From Planctomycetota bacterium (lineage in GTDB: Bacteria > Planctomycetota > PLA2 > JAEUHO01): 64,000 nt of DNA. Each line of letters opens with the position of its first letter. Within the stretch, counting starts at the first letter, position 1. The position numbers and the translations under genes were made by a program. This document shows, piece by piece, positions 37,086-46,307 of this stretch. The stretch is from NCBI GenBank assembly GCA_965223505.1, contig CBDCWP010000008.1:96001-160000 (forward strand), in the 5' to 3' direction. The notes below the pieces were generated by a model. It saw nothing but the letters and a program-made list of their open reading frames with translations. It was not told the DNA's origin and did no database searches.

Positions 37086-38989
37086 TGCTGCGCACTCCGA
37101 CCCTCGCCGCCTTGCTGCTCGTCGTCGCCACTTCGGCGACGTTCGCCGACGACGCCGCGACGATCGCGGCGGAGAGCGCGTTTCCGGCGCCCGCCGTCGA
37201 GCACGGGTTCGAGTTCCGTTGCGACATTCGCCAGGCCGGCGGCGTCGTCTCGCAGCTCACGCTTTCGGCCGAGCCGTTCGAGGTCGACGGCGAGCCCGGC
37301 TGGCGCGTGCGCGACGTGATCACGCCCAAGGACAAGGGCGGCGACCGCGTGCGCACGGAGGCCTATCTCGACCGGCGACTCGACGCCGTCCGCGGCACCT
37401 ACGAGCGGCGCAACGCGAAGGGCTTCCTCATCTGCCACTGGCAGCGCGGCGCCGACGGCGCGTTCGAGCTCCAGCACCGCACGCAGGAGTACGAGAACGA
37501 GATCCTCTCCAAGACGAAAGGGCGCGCGAAGACCAGCCTCGCCGGACTGCTTCTGTTCTTGCGGCTCGCGCCCGCCGGCGCCGCCACCTATCGGTTCCTG
37601 GAGCTCGACCCCGATCCCACCGCCGGCGACCCGTACGTCGTCCAAGCGGACCTGCGCGTGCATCGCACGGCCGGGTGGCGCGTCGGTGAGCGGGTCCACG
37701 ACGCCTGGATCGTCAGCTTCACGCGCGGGCAGCGCTCGTATCGACTGGCGCTTTCGACCCCCAAGCGCGAGTTCCTCGGACTCGACGTCGTAGGCATGCC
37801 ACTCATGGTGAGCCCCGTCGGCGGCGGCGACGTCGGGCTGCAGGACGCCGAGGCGGACGGTCTCGCGACGCCGCTCGAAATGGCCGCGCGGCGCTCGGCC
37901 AAGGTGCGGGCGTCGCTATCGACGCCGACGAAGGGCTTCCGTTTCGAAGCCGACCTCGTCCTGGGTGACTATCGGATCGGCAGCGCGGTGCTCTCGGCCG
38001 AGCCGTCGAGCGTGAACGGGCAGCCGGCCTGGATGGTGCGCGAGACGACGCAGCGAACGGCCGGCGAGGCCCACGTGCTCGGCGAGTGGTCGGGCTTCCT
38101 GGCGCAGGATCTGTCCCTGCTGCGCGGCGAGACCATGCATCGCGCCCCGTCCGGTAACCGCTCGCACACGTACGTGCGCTCCGGCGACCGCATCGAGACG
38201 GTGCACCACTTCGCCTCGGGCAAGGTCGGCCCGGTCTGGACGACGTTCCGGCCCGGCACGACGACCGGCCTCGTCGCGGTGGTCTTGTTTCTCCAGGCCG
38301 TGCCCAAGGGGAAGGCCGTCTACGTCATGCCGGGCTACGACCCGCTCTACGTGCGAACGCCGAAGGCGGGCTCCGGCGCGTTCCCCGCGGACCTCGTGGA
38401 CGCGCACGTAGAGGTCCTCGGCGACACCTCCTTCGACCGCGGACTGACGACGCGGCCGACGTGGGCGGCGCGGGTCTCGGCCAAGACGGGCCGCGTGTAC
38501 GTGGTGCACCTGGACCGCGGCACCCGCTCGCTCGTCGCCGTCGAGGGCATCATGCCCAAGGTGACGTTGGCGCCCAAGGGCGCCGGCGGCAAGACGATCG
38601 ACTGGTTCGAGTACGCGGAGAAGTCGCCGCGCAGCGCGCAGGACGTCTTCGTGAAGTTCGGGCGCGGCTACCACCTACCGGACGTCGCGCTGCTCGCGGA
38701 CGCGTTCCACTGGCCGTCGATGCTCGAGAACGAGATCGAGGCGGGCAGCTACGAGGCGGGCACCGCACTGGAGCGCGTGCGCAAGGACTGGATCGAGGAG
38801 TTCGTGCGCCGTTCGAAGCACCGCACGGTGGGGGACTGCGACGACTTGCTCCTGCAGATCTTCATGACGGCGACCGAGACGACGCACGCGGACGGATCGG
38901 TCACGATCGCGACGATTCCGGCGTACGGCGGTCACGCGTACCACTGCAAGCCGATCGACGGGCGCTGGTACATCGTCAAGGTCGACTGA
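37085..38989 (+). CDS. Secreted hypothetical protein (two tandem beta-rich domains plus NTF2-like C-terminal domain)
   Basis: TGATG-coupled; signal peptide ending TFA-DD; internal duplication and a shared FHWP...WY C-terminal domain. Confidence 0.75.
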   Translation: MLRTPTLAALLLVVATSATFADDAATIAAESAFPAPAVEHGFEFRCDIRQAGGVVSQLTLSAEPFEVDGEPGWRVRDVITPKDKGGDRVRTEAYLDRRLDAVRGTYERRNAKGFLICHWQRGADGAFELQHRTQEYENEILSKTKGRAKTSLAGLLLFLRLAPAGAATYRFLELDPDPTAGDPYVVQADLRVHRTAGWRVGERVHDAWIVSFTRGQRSYRLALSTPKREFLGLDVVGMPLMVSPVGGGDVGLQDAEADGLATPLEMAARRSAKVRASLSTPTKGFRFEADLVLGDYRIGSAVLSAEPSSVNGQPAWMVRETTQRTAGEAHVLGEWSGFLAQDLSLLRGETMHRAPSGNRSHTYVRSGDRIETVHHFASGKVGPVWTTFRPGTTTGLVAVVLFLQAVPKGKAVYVMPGYDPLYVRTPKAGSGAFPADLVDAHVEVLGDTSFDRGLTTRPTWAARVSAKTGRVYVVHLDRGTRSLVAVEGIMPKVTLAPKGAGGKTIDWFEYAEKSPRSAQDVFVKFGRGYHLPDVALLADAFHWPSMLENEIEAGSYEAGTALERVRKDWIEEFVRRSKHRTVGDCDDLLLQIFMTATETTHADGSVTIATIPAYGGHAYHCKPIDGRWYIVKVD

Positions 38990-39004
38990 CCGACGGCGAA
39001 CCTC

Positions 39005-39090
39005 GTAGGGGCGGGGCTCGACCCCGCCCGCGAGCTGGGGCTTGCGTTCATACCTGCTTGTTCGCGGGCGACCTCGAGGGTCGCCCCTAC
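39005..39090. repeat. REPIN-like inverted pair of GTAG REPs (86 bp) between convergent genes
   Basis: GTAGGGGCGGGGCTCGACCCCGCCC at 39005-39029 and the reverse complement of GTAGGGGCGACCCTCGAGGTCGCCC at 39066-39090. Confidence 0.85.
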
Positions 39091-39123
39091 GGGTTTGCTT
39101 CGCAGCCGTGCGAGTCAGGCGCG

Positions 39124-39942
39124 TCACGGCAGGTCTGCCAACGACGCGATGCGCACGTCGCGTGTCGCACATTCCGTCGTGAGCGGCGCCGGCGCCGGCG
39201 GGCCGCCGGGCTCGCGCGCAGGGCGCGTCGCATTTCGCTCCGCCTTGCGGCGCATGATCTGCTTGTAGATCGGCTCGGCCCGCGCACGCGCCGGCAAGCC
39301 GTACGCCGTGAGAAATGCGAACGGGTCGAGCGCAAGTTCGGTGCACCCGGCCGCGAACTGCGCGATGTCCTTCGCGCGCCCGCGATCGATCACCTCGTCG
39401 GCCGGCTCGAAAGACGCGTACGGAAATCCGATCGGGACGGGATTGGCGCCGCCGATGTCGACCAGCACGTTCTTCGGATAGCAGTCGCCGTGCCGAAAGC
39501 CGCTGTCGTGCCAGGCGCGCAGCGCGCGCGCGATCGCGTCGATCACCGAAGGATCTTCCTTGGCGACCTCACGGCCGTCGCGACGGCCCGGCTCGAACGG
39601 ACGGATGAGCACCGAACCCTGCAGCACGCCGTTGTGCCGGCGCTCGCCGACGGCCAGCGGCTGCGGCGTCGCGATGCCGATCGACTTCGCGCGCAGCGCG
39701 TTCGCCGCCTCACGCCGCTCGCGGGACGGACGCCCCCAGGTGCGAAGCCGCCTCCCCTTGCGCGGACGCCGCCACTTCACGAACAGGGGCGCCTCGGCGT
39801 CGACGCGAACGGCGGCGGACTGCCGGTCGCTGGAGAGCACCGTCCCGGTCGCTGCGAGCGACATCCAGGCGGCGACGTCGAAGGCGCACTGCGGCTCCAG
39901 CCAGTCTCTCGAGCGGTCCCGCAGCCACCACGTCTCCTTCAC
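39124..39942 (-). CDS. Kdo/WaaP/InaA-like lipopolysaccharide kinase family protein
   Basis: LFVK, RE..N, GIATPQPLAVGE, WHDSGFRHGDCYPKNVLV and RAKDIAQF motifs; GTGA-coupled to the methyltransferase. Confidence 0.8.
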   Translation of the reverse strand: MKETWWLRDRSRDWLEPQCAFDVAAWMSLAATGTVLSSDRQSAAVRVDAEAPLFVKWRRPRKGRRLRTWGRPSRERREAANALRAKSIGIATPQPLAVGERRHNGVLQGSVLIRPFEPGRRDGREVAKEDPSVIDAIARALRAWHDSGFRHGDCYPKNVLVDIGGANPVPIGFPYASFEPADEVIDRGRAKDIAQFAAGCTELALDPFAFLTAYGLPARARAEPIYKQIMRRKAERNATRPAREPGGPPAPAPLTTECATRDVRIASLADLP

Positions 39943-40586
39943 GGGGCGACCCGCATCACGGCGATGGCGACCAGCGACGAGAACGAGTTGAGACGCAGCG
40001 GCTCGCCGACGGGCTCGAGCCCGTGCGCGGCGGCCTCCGCGAAGAACGCTTCCGGCTGCAGCGCATGGCGCCGGCGGTCCACGCCACGCCGTCGTTGGCT
40101 GCGGCCCTTCCACGTCGAGTCGTCCGAGAACGACATGACCACGGCGCGCTTCGCCACGCGGGCCAGCTCGCTGAAGGCGCCCGCACGCTCCTCGGGCGTC
40201 GCCATGTGGTGCACGAGGCGGTGGCACACGGACGTGTCGAACGTGTCGTCTTCGAACGGCAGCGCATCGACGGTCGCCTGGACGAAGTCGACCTTGCCGT
40301 CGTCCACGAAGGTACGTAGAGCATCGCGCGCCTCGTCCAACATCGCCTGCGACTGATCGACGCAGGTGACGCGTTCCGCCCGTTCGAGCAGCGTCGGGGT
40401 CAGGCGTCCCGCGCCGCAGGCGCAGTCGAGCACGTGGCCGGCGGCCTGCGCGCGCTGGATCGCCCTGCGAACGAGGGAGAGCTCTCGCCGGTTCGAGAGC
40501 CGGCGGATCCACGATTTCTCGTACTTGCGCCGGTACGCCGCGGCGCCGGCCGAGCTTCGGTAACGGGCGATGAGCTGGGCGTCCAT
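39939..40586 (-). CDS. Class I SAM-dependent methyltransferase
   Basis: VLDCACGAGR, VDQSQAML, LPFEDDTFD and ELARVA motifs. Confidence 0.9.
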   Translation of the reverse strand: MDAQLIARYRSSAGAAAYRRKYEKSWIRRLSNRRELSLVRRAIQRAQAAGHVLDCACGAGRLTPTLLERAERVTCVDQSQAMLDEARDALRTFVDDGKVDFVQATVDALPFEDDTFDTSVCHRLVHHMATPEERAGAFSELARVAKRAVVMSFSDDSTWKGRSQRRRGVDRRRHALQPEAFFAEAAAHGLEPVGEPLRLNSFSSLVAIAVMRVAP

Positions 40587-40674
40587 GACGCCCCAAGGGT
40601 ACCGACCGTTGTTGCCTGACGTCACATTCCGCGCGTTGTCTCCCACCCTCGCGACCCGCTAGGATGCCCGGCCT

Positions 40675-42087
40675 GTGTCTACGGATTCCTCCAGTCATCC
40701 GGGGTCGATGCTGGCCCACTACCAGATCCTCGAGCGCATGGGTGAAGGGGCGATGGGCACGGTCTACTGCGCCCACGACACGGGTCTCGATCGGAAGGTT
40801 GCGGTGAAGGTGCTGCGCGAAAGCGTCGCGACGGATCAGGAGCGCGTCGATCGCTTCGCGCGGGAGGCGCGCGCGGCGGCGCGCGTGAGCCATCCCAACC
40901 TCACGCACATCTACTACGTCGGCTCGCAGGGGAGCTGGCGCTTCTTCGCGATGGAGCTGCTCGCCGGAGAGGACCTGGAGCTCTACGCGGAGCAGCAAGG
41001 GCCGGTCTCGCTCGCCGACGGGATCGACATGCTCGTGCAGGCGGCGCGCGGACTTGCCGCAGCGCACAAGGCCGGCGTGGTGCACCGCGACGTCAAGCCG
41101 TCCAACATCATCCGCCGGCCGGACGGGACCGTGAAGATCACCGACTTCGGCCTGTCGAAGTCGCTCGATGCGGACGTTTCATCGACGCAGGCCGGACAGG
41201 TGATGGGGACGCCGACGTTCATGAGTCCCGAGCAGTGTCGCGGCGAGTCCGTCGACACCCGCACCGACATCTACTCGTTGGGGCTCACGGCGTACTACCT
41301 CTTCACGGGGGTGCCCGCGTTTCCGGGGCCCTCGATCGGCGCGGTGATCAACGATCAGATCAACACACCCTTGCCGCGGCTCACCAAGGCGCGTCCGGAT
41401 CTTCCCGAGGCGCTCGAGGAGATCCTCGACGAGATGTGCGCCAAGGACCGCGAGCGACGGCCCGAGGACATGGACGAGGTCATCGAGCTGCTGGAGACCT
41501 GTCGGCCGCGCCAGATCGATCCCGCCCCGCTGGCGGTGCGCGCCGTCGCGCTCGGCCTCGATGCCGTGATCGTCGGCGTCGTCGTCGCGGTGATCGCGAC
41601 CGCATGGCAGGTCGGCCTGGGGACATCCGTCGAGGACAACCCGTGGATCGGCTTCGTGTTCACGGTCCTGTGGGTGCTCGACCATCTCGGCGGCGAGCTC
41701 TGGTTCCGGCAGTCGCTGGGCAAGCGGCTCATGCACATTCACGTGTGCTCGGCGGACGGCACGCGCGCCAACCGCAAGGCGATCCTGCTGCGGCTGCTCA
41801 TTCGCTTCCCGACCATTCCACTGCATCTGGTGATGCAGCCCCTGCTCCTCGGCACCGTGAGCGGGTGGGTCGACATCGGCGAGGCGTCGGTGTTGATCGC
41901 GGGCGCGATCTGCTACTTCGTGACGGCGCGCAAGACGCTCAGCGACCTGCTCACGGGCACGCGTGTCGTCTATCAGACGTCGCGCGATCGTGTGAAGCGA
42001 CGGAAGCGAGCGGGTTCTTCCTCCGTCCAGCCGCCGACGAAGTCGAAGCCGAAGCCGAAGGATCCGCTGGCGGAGACGCAGTCGTAG
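40675..42087 (+). CDS. Hanks-type Ser/Thr protein kinase with a C-terminal RDD membrane domain
   Basis: GEGAMG, VAVKVL, HRDVKPSN, DFG and MSPEQ motifs; R.VA..LD, QSLGKRL and TLSDLLTGTRVV RDD motifs. Confidence 0.93.
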   Translation: MSTDSSSHPGSMLAHYQILERMGEGAMGTVYCAHDTGLDRKVAVKVLRESVATDQERVDRFAREARAAARVSHPNLTHIYYVGSQGSWRFFAMELLAGEDLELYAEQQGPVSLADGIDMLVQAARGLAAAHKAGVVHRDVKPSNIIRRPDGTVKITDFGLSKSLDADVSSTQAGQVMGTPTFMSPEQCRGESVDTRTDIYSLGLTAYYLFTGVPAFPGPSIGAVINDQINTPLPRLTKARPDLPEALEEILDEMCAKDRERRPEDMDEVIELLETCRPRQIDPAPLAVRAVALGLDAVIVGVVVAVIATAWQVGLGTSVEDNPWIGFVFTVLWVLDHLGGELWFRQSLGKRLMHIHVCSADGTRANRKAILLRLLIRFPTIPLHLVMQPLLLGTVSGWVDIGEASVLIAGAICYFVTARKTLSDLLTGTRVVYQTSRDRVKRRKRAGSSSVQPPTKSKPKPKDPLAETQS

Positions 42088-42127
42088 GGAACGACCGCGC
42101 ATCCGCACGCGTCCGATCGGGCGACCG

Positions 42128-43105
42128 CTACCTGGCCATCTGCTTCACCAACGCCTTGAGCTGCGCCACGTCCTGACGCAGCGCGCGCACGTCCGCGCGC
42201 AACGCGCGGACCTCGGCGAGCATCGCGTGGTCGCCGCGCGCTCGCTCGCGACTGCGCTGGTCCATCGCGGCCATCTGCTTGCGGACCTCCTCCGCCTGCC
42301 TCTGCATGCCGTTTCGCTGCAGGACCGCGATGGCCTGCTCCAGCTCGCGGCGCTCGCCGGCGCCGAGGTCGAACGCCCGCATGCGCGTCCCGCCGACGTA
42401 GGCGTTCGGGTTCTCCACCGAGAAGTCGATCCAGTCGGTCTTGCTGCCGGCCTTGCCGTCGCGCTCGAATAGGAAGCCCGGCTTGATGCGGTCCTCCGTT
42501 CCGAGGGAGATGACGTACGGGTTGCTCACCTTCGATGCCTTCCTTGCGTGATCGAGCGCCGAGCGGGCTTCGTCGACCTGCTGTCCGAGACTCGCGGCGA
42601 GTTGCTCGGCGCTTCGAAGGTCGTCCTTCGCCTTCATGACGCGCGGATGAACGCTCGCGAACGTCTCTTCGAGCGACGCGAGCCTGGCGCGGGCCGCGTC
42701 CAGAGCCTTCGTCGCTCTTGCGTAGCCGGCCTCCTTGTCTCGCAACGCCCTCGAGAGGCTGACCGTCTTCTCCTCCAGGAGCTTCCACTCGAACTTCCCG
42801 ACTTCACCGGTCGCGCGCGGCCAGGCCGAGCTCTTACGCGCCCGCTCTGTTCGCGCCGCGTCGAGCCACCTCTTGGCGGCGGTCAGCTTCTCCGTTTCCC
42901 GCTCCGCGTCGGCGAACTTCTTCTCCGCCTTGAGGCGTTCGATGCGAACGGTGAGCGCTTCGATCTCGGCCTCCAGCTCGCGGATCTCCTTCGAGACGGC
43001 GGGCTTCGCCTTCTTCTTCTTGGCCGCGGTGTCGTCGTCGGCGCGCGCGACCGTTCCCCACGCAACGAGCGCCGTCACCAGTACGAGTCCTACTGTCGTC
43101 CTCAT
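42128..43105 (-). CDS. Secreted coiled-coil protein
   Basis: Signal peptide ending ARA-DDD; heptad-rich; C-terminal LRADVRALRQDVAQLKALV. Confidence 0.75.
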   Translation of the reverse strand: MRTTVGLVLVTALVAWGTVARADDDTAAKKKKAKPAVSKEIRELEAEIEALTVRIERLKAEKKFADAERETEKLTAAKRWLDAARTERARKSSAWPRATGEVGKFEWKLLEEKTVSLSRALRDKEAGYARATKALDAARARLASLEETFASVHPRVMKAKDDLRSAEQLAASLGQQVDEARSALDHARKASKVSNPYVISLGTEDRIKPGFLFERDGKAGSKTDWIDFSVENPNAYVGGTRMRAFDLGAGERRELEQAIAVLQRNGMQRQAEEVRKQMAAMDQRSRERARGDHAMLAEVRALRADVRALRQDVAQLKALVKQMAR

Positions 43106-43120
43106 CGTTTCGTTTCCTTT

Positions 43121-44428
43121 CTACCGTCGGTCCAAGAGCTGTTGCACGAGGCGGCGCAGGTCGCGCACGTCGTTGCGAAGCGCGGCGACCTCCTTGCGGA
43201 GCGCGTTCACCGCGTCGAGCGTCGCGTCGCGGCCCGCCGACGCGGCTTGCGCCTTCGTGAGGTCCGCGTTCATGCGCGCGATCTCCGTCTCGACCTCGCT
43301 TGCGCTATTCGTGAGCCCGGCCTCGAGCAGCGCGGCTCGCGCCGCCTCGAGCGACGTCAGCCGGCTCTCCAGCCGCCTGCGTTCGATGTCGTCGATCGCG
43401 GTGCGGCGACCGGCGTAGGCGGTGAGATCGGAATGGGGGCCTTCGTTCAGGAGCCTGGCCCTCGCAACCGGAACGCCCTTCCTATCGACCACGGTCCCTT
43501 GCAGGTCGCGCAGCGTCGCCTCGTCCTGTGCGAAGCGGTTGAGGTTGTCCGTGATCTTCGCGTTGATGCGCGCGAGCTTGGCGGTGTCACCCGAGTCCGC
43601 GATCGACTTCGCCTCGGCTTCGAGCGCCGCGTGCGCGGCATCGAGCGAGGCCAGCCGTTCATCCGCGATCTTGTGCTCCAGCGCCGTCCTCTCGACGAGG
43701 CGTCCGTCGGCCTCGAGCTGCGCTTGCGCGCTCAGATTGGCCAGCGCGACCCTGAAACGAGCCTTCTCCAGCTCCGACGCGTCCAAGAGCACCAGGAGGT
43801 CGCTCCCGTCCGTGATGAAGCGCGCGTTCGGCGCTTCCTTCTGAACGCGACGGAGGATGTCGTCTCGCGTCATGCCCGCCCGCAGCAGCGAACGAACGCT
43901 GGTCGTGTACATGTCGGCTCGTACGGACGTCGTGCGCGTGACCGTGTACGGTCCGAACCGATCGGAACGATGCCGGACGGCGCGCGCCAGTCCCGGCGTT
44001 CGTTTCACCAGATCCGCCAGGCCCGCTTCGAACGAGGCCAGCAGCGACTGGTGGACCGCGTGATGCTCCCGGGCGGCCTTGGCGTCCTTGCCGGCGTCGA
44101 GCAGCCGCCGAACCTCCGCGGCGGCATCGGCCACGGCCGCGCGCGCATCGTCGAGCTCGCGACGCGCGTCACTGAGCGCGTCCAGATGTTCGCGAATGCC
44201 GCAAGCGAGATTCGCGTCGAGCCGGCCTTGCTTGCGGTAGCGGCGCCACCACTTCCGGAACGTCTGCGCTTCCGCGGACTGATTCGTCGCTCGAAGCTCG
44301 TCGAACAGGCTGTCGCAGAGATCGTTCTGGGCCTGAAGGGTCTCTTCTTCGGCGAATGCCGGCGTCGTCAGGGGCGGCAGCACTGCCGCGGCGATGCCGA
44401 GCACCGCGATTCGTGCCAGGTTCATCAT
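43121..44428 (-). CDS. Secreted coiled-coil protein
   Basis: ATGA-coupled to the M56 gene; signal peptide ending AFA-EEE; C-terminal LRKEVAALRNDVRDLRRLV. Confidence 0.75.
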   Translation of the reverse strand: MMNLARIAVLGIAAAVLPPLTTPAFAEEETLQAQNDLCDSLFDELRATNQSAEAQTFRKWWRRYRKQGRLDANLACGIREHLDALSDARRELDDARAAVADAAAEVRRLLDAGKDAKAAREHHAVHQSLLASFEAGLADLVKRTPGLARAVRHRSDRFGPYTVTRTTSVRADMYTTSVRSLLRAGMTRDDILRRVQKEAPNARFITDGSDLLVLLDASELEKARFRVALANLSAQAQLEADGRLVERTALEHKIADERLASLDAAHAALEAEAKSIADSGDTAKLARINAKITDNLNRFAQDEATLRDLQGTVVDRKGVPVARARLLNEGPHSDLTAYAGRRTAIDDIERRRLESRLTSLEAARAALLEAGLTNSASEVETEIARMNADLTKAQAASAGRDATLDAVNALRKEVAALRNDVRDLRRLVQQLLDRR

Positions 44429-45789
44429 TTCGCTCCTTTCAGCGCGGTGTAGCGCTCGCGCATCGATTGCGCGCGTTTCCGTACGCGTTCCAGCGCGGCC
44501 GTGAGCGCCGCGTCGTCGCCCAGCGTCGCGATGAGCTCGACGAGCTTCGTCACTTCCGCATCCGCCGCCTCGATCTCCCCGCCCAACAGCTCCAGTGCAC
44601 CCTCGAGCGTGTCGGCGTGCGCGGGCGTCGGCGACGACGGTTCGCCCGGCTGCGCGCCCGGCTGCGCGATCGCCGAGAAGGACGGCGCGGCGCCCGCGAC
44701 GGTCATCAGCACGACGGCTGCGGCGAACAACGCGCCGCGCGCGGACCGCCGAGAGACGGCGACGTCGCTGCGAACGAGCCGGCGCACACGCCGGCCGAGC
44801 ATGCTCTCGCTCTGGGCCATCGACGGCACGACGACGGGGCGGCGGCGTGCGACCATCCAGCCCGCGACCTCCGTCAGGCACTCGGCCAGGGCGATGGGAC
44901 GCCCGGTGCGATCGACGGCCCAGTCGTCGCACAGCAGTTCCGCCGTCTCGCGCAGCTTGCGCGCGGCCAGGCGATTGAGCGGCTGGAAGAAGCACAGCGC
45001 GCAGACGAGGTGCTCCGCGAACAGCCAGAAGGAGTCCGCCCGCACGATGTGCCCCATCTCGTGCGCGATCATCGCCTCCTGCTGGTCGGCGGTGAGGCCT
45101 GCCACGGCCCGTGTCGGGACGCAGATCTCGGGGCGCCGCAAGCCGAGCGCAACCGGACTCTCGAGCGCGGTCGTCGTGCTCAACGCGACGTGCCGACGCA
45201 AGCCGGCCGTCGCGCGAAGTCGTGTGACCAGCGTCTGCAGCGGTCCTGTGCGAAGCGGCTCACGCCTCGCGATGCGCGCGCGCAGGCTGCGGCGGGCGCG
45301 GCGGATGCGCAGCACCAGGCACGCTGCGACGGCGAACCAAAGCGTCCCGAACACGAGCGGCCAAGCAACGGCGGCGCGGTCCTCGTTCTTCGGACGGGTC
45401 GTGTGCGCAACGTGCGCGGACGCGATCTCGCTCGGTACGCCCGGCTCGAAGCGCTCGACCTCGACGACCTCGTGTTCGACGACGGGCGTGATGAAGCCCC
45501 CGTGCTCGAGCGGGGCCGCATCGAGCGGAGCCGGTGCGCGGGTGATCTCCATGTCGATGCGTCCGCCCACCGGATCGAGATCCAGGCCGATCTGCAGCGA
45601 GGCGGTGACGAACGCACCGAACAACGCCGTGCGCCAGATGGTCTCCTTCGCATGCGCACTCAGGCGCGTCGCGAAGCGGGTGAGCAACCACGCACCCGCG
45701 AGCAGCACGGTGCTGTGAACGAGGTACGTGACGAGCCAAGGCGCCGCCGCGGCGAACCAGCCCTGAAGCATGGCGAGAAGGTCATGCAT
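44425..45789 (-). CDS. BlaR1/MecR1-type M56 metallopeptidase signal transducer
   Basis: TM segments; SP.ALG..RP.I; HEMGH zinc motif; FFQPL; E.LCD; LAECL. Confidence 0.92.
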   Translation of the reverse strand: MHDLLAMLQGWFAAAAPWLVTYLVHSTVLLAGAWLLTRFATRLSAHAKETIWRTALFGAFVTASLQIGLDLDPVGGRIDMEITRAPAPLDAAPLEHGGFITPVVEHEVVEVERFEPGVPSEIASAHVAHTTRPKNEDRAAVAWPLVFGTLWFAVAACLVLRIRRARRSLRARIARREPLRTGPLQTLVTRLRATAGLRRHVALSTTTALESPVALGLRRPEICVPTRAVAGLTADQQEAMIAHEMGHIVRADSFWLFAEHLVCALCFFQPLNRLAARKLRETAELLCDDWAVDRTGRPIALAECLTEVAGWMVARRRPVVVPSMAQSESMLGRRVRRLVRSDVAVSRRSARGALFAAAVVLMTVAGAAPSFSAIAQPGAQPGEPSSPTPAHADTLEGALELLGGEIEAADAEVTKLVELIATLGDDAALTAALERVRKRAQSMRERYTALKGAK

Positions 45790-46177
45790 CGGAAGCTCCC
45801 TTCTCGCGCTTGGACAGCAGCGCTTTCAGCCGCGTGATCTCGTCCGCGTCGATCTCGCCCTCGGAGAGGAGGTGGTTGACCAGCGCGGCCGCGTCGCCTT
45901 CGAACATGCGGTCCATCAGGTCCGACACCATCGAGCGCCGCACCGCGTTCTCGTCCACCGCGGCGCGATAGACGAACGTGCGCCCCTGCTCACGGCGCTT
46001 GACTACGCCCCGTTTCTCCAGACGCGAGAGCATCGTCGCCACGGTCGTGAGCGCGAGCGCCCGGTCGTCCTGCAGCGCCCGTTGCACCTGCGCGACCGTC
46101 GCCTCCCCCTCGTCCCAAAGCACTCGCAACAACGCGAGCTGTAGCTCGCTCAGCGAACGCGGCCGCTGCTTGCTCAT
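45782..46177 (-). CDS. BlaI/MecI/CopY-family transcriptional repressor
   Basis: LSELQLALLRVLW, TTVATMLSRLEKRG, GRTFVY and DRMFEGD motifs. Confidence 0.95.
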   Translation of the reverse strand: MSKQRPRSLSELQLALLRVLWDEGEATVAQVQRALQDDRALALTTVATMLSRLEKRGVVKRREQGRTFVYRAAVDENAVRRSMVSDLMDRMFEGDAAALVNHLLSEGEIDADEITRLKALLSKREKGASDA

Positions 46178-46196
46178 CGCGCCCTCCCGGGATTCG

Positions 46197-46244
46197 ACTA
46201 CACTTGTAGTACGACAACTGTAGTCATGACCTGGGGCGCGTCAA
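46197..46244 (-). promoter_or_regulatory. Sigma70-like promoter overlapped by tandem BlaI/CopY-type operators
   Basis: Palindrome ACTACACTTGTAGT (46197-46210) and ACGACAACTGTAGT (46211-46224) match TACA-N2-TGTA. On the minus strand, TTGACG-N16-TACAGT. Confidence 0.85.
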
Positions 46245-46307
46245 GTGGGGAAAATCGAGGCGGGGCCAAGACCCCTCGCGCGACCAGCGGTCCGCTGCGC
46301 CTCGAGC

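Noticed and set aside
39421..39435. Frameshift restoring an IDF motif in the Kdo-like kinase
   Set aside because: The current frame continues into the family-like RAKDIAQF motif, whereas the shifted frame stops within a few codons.
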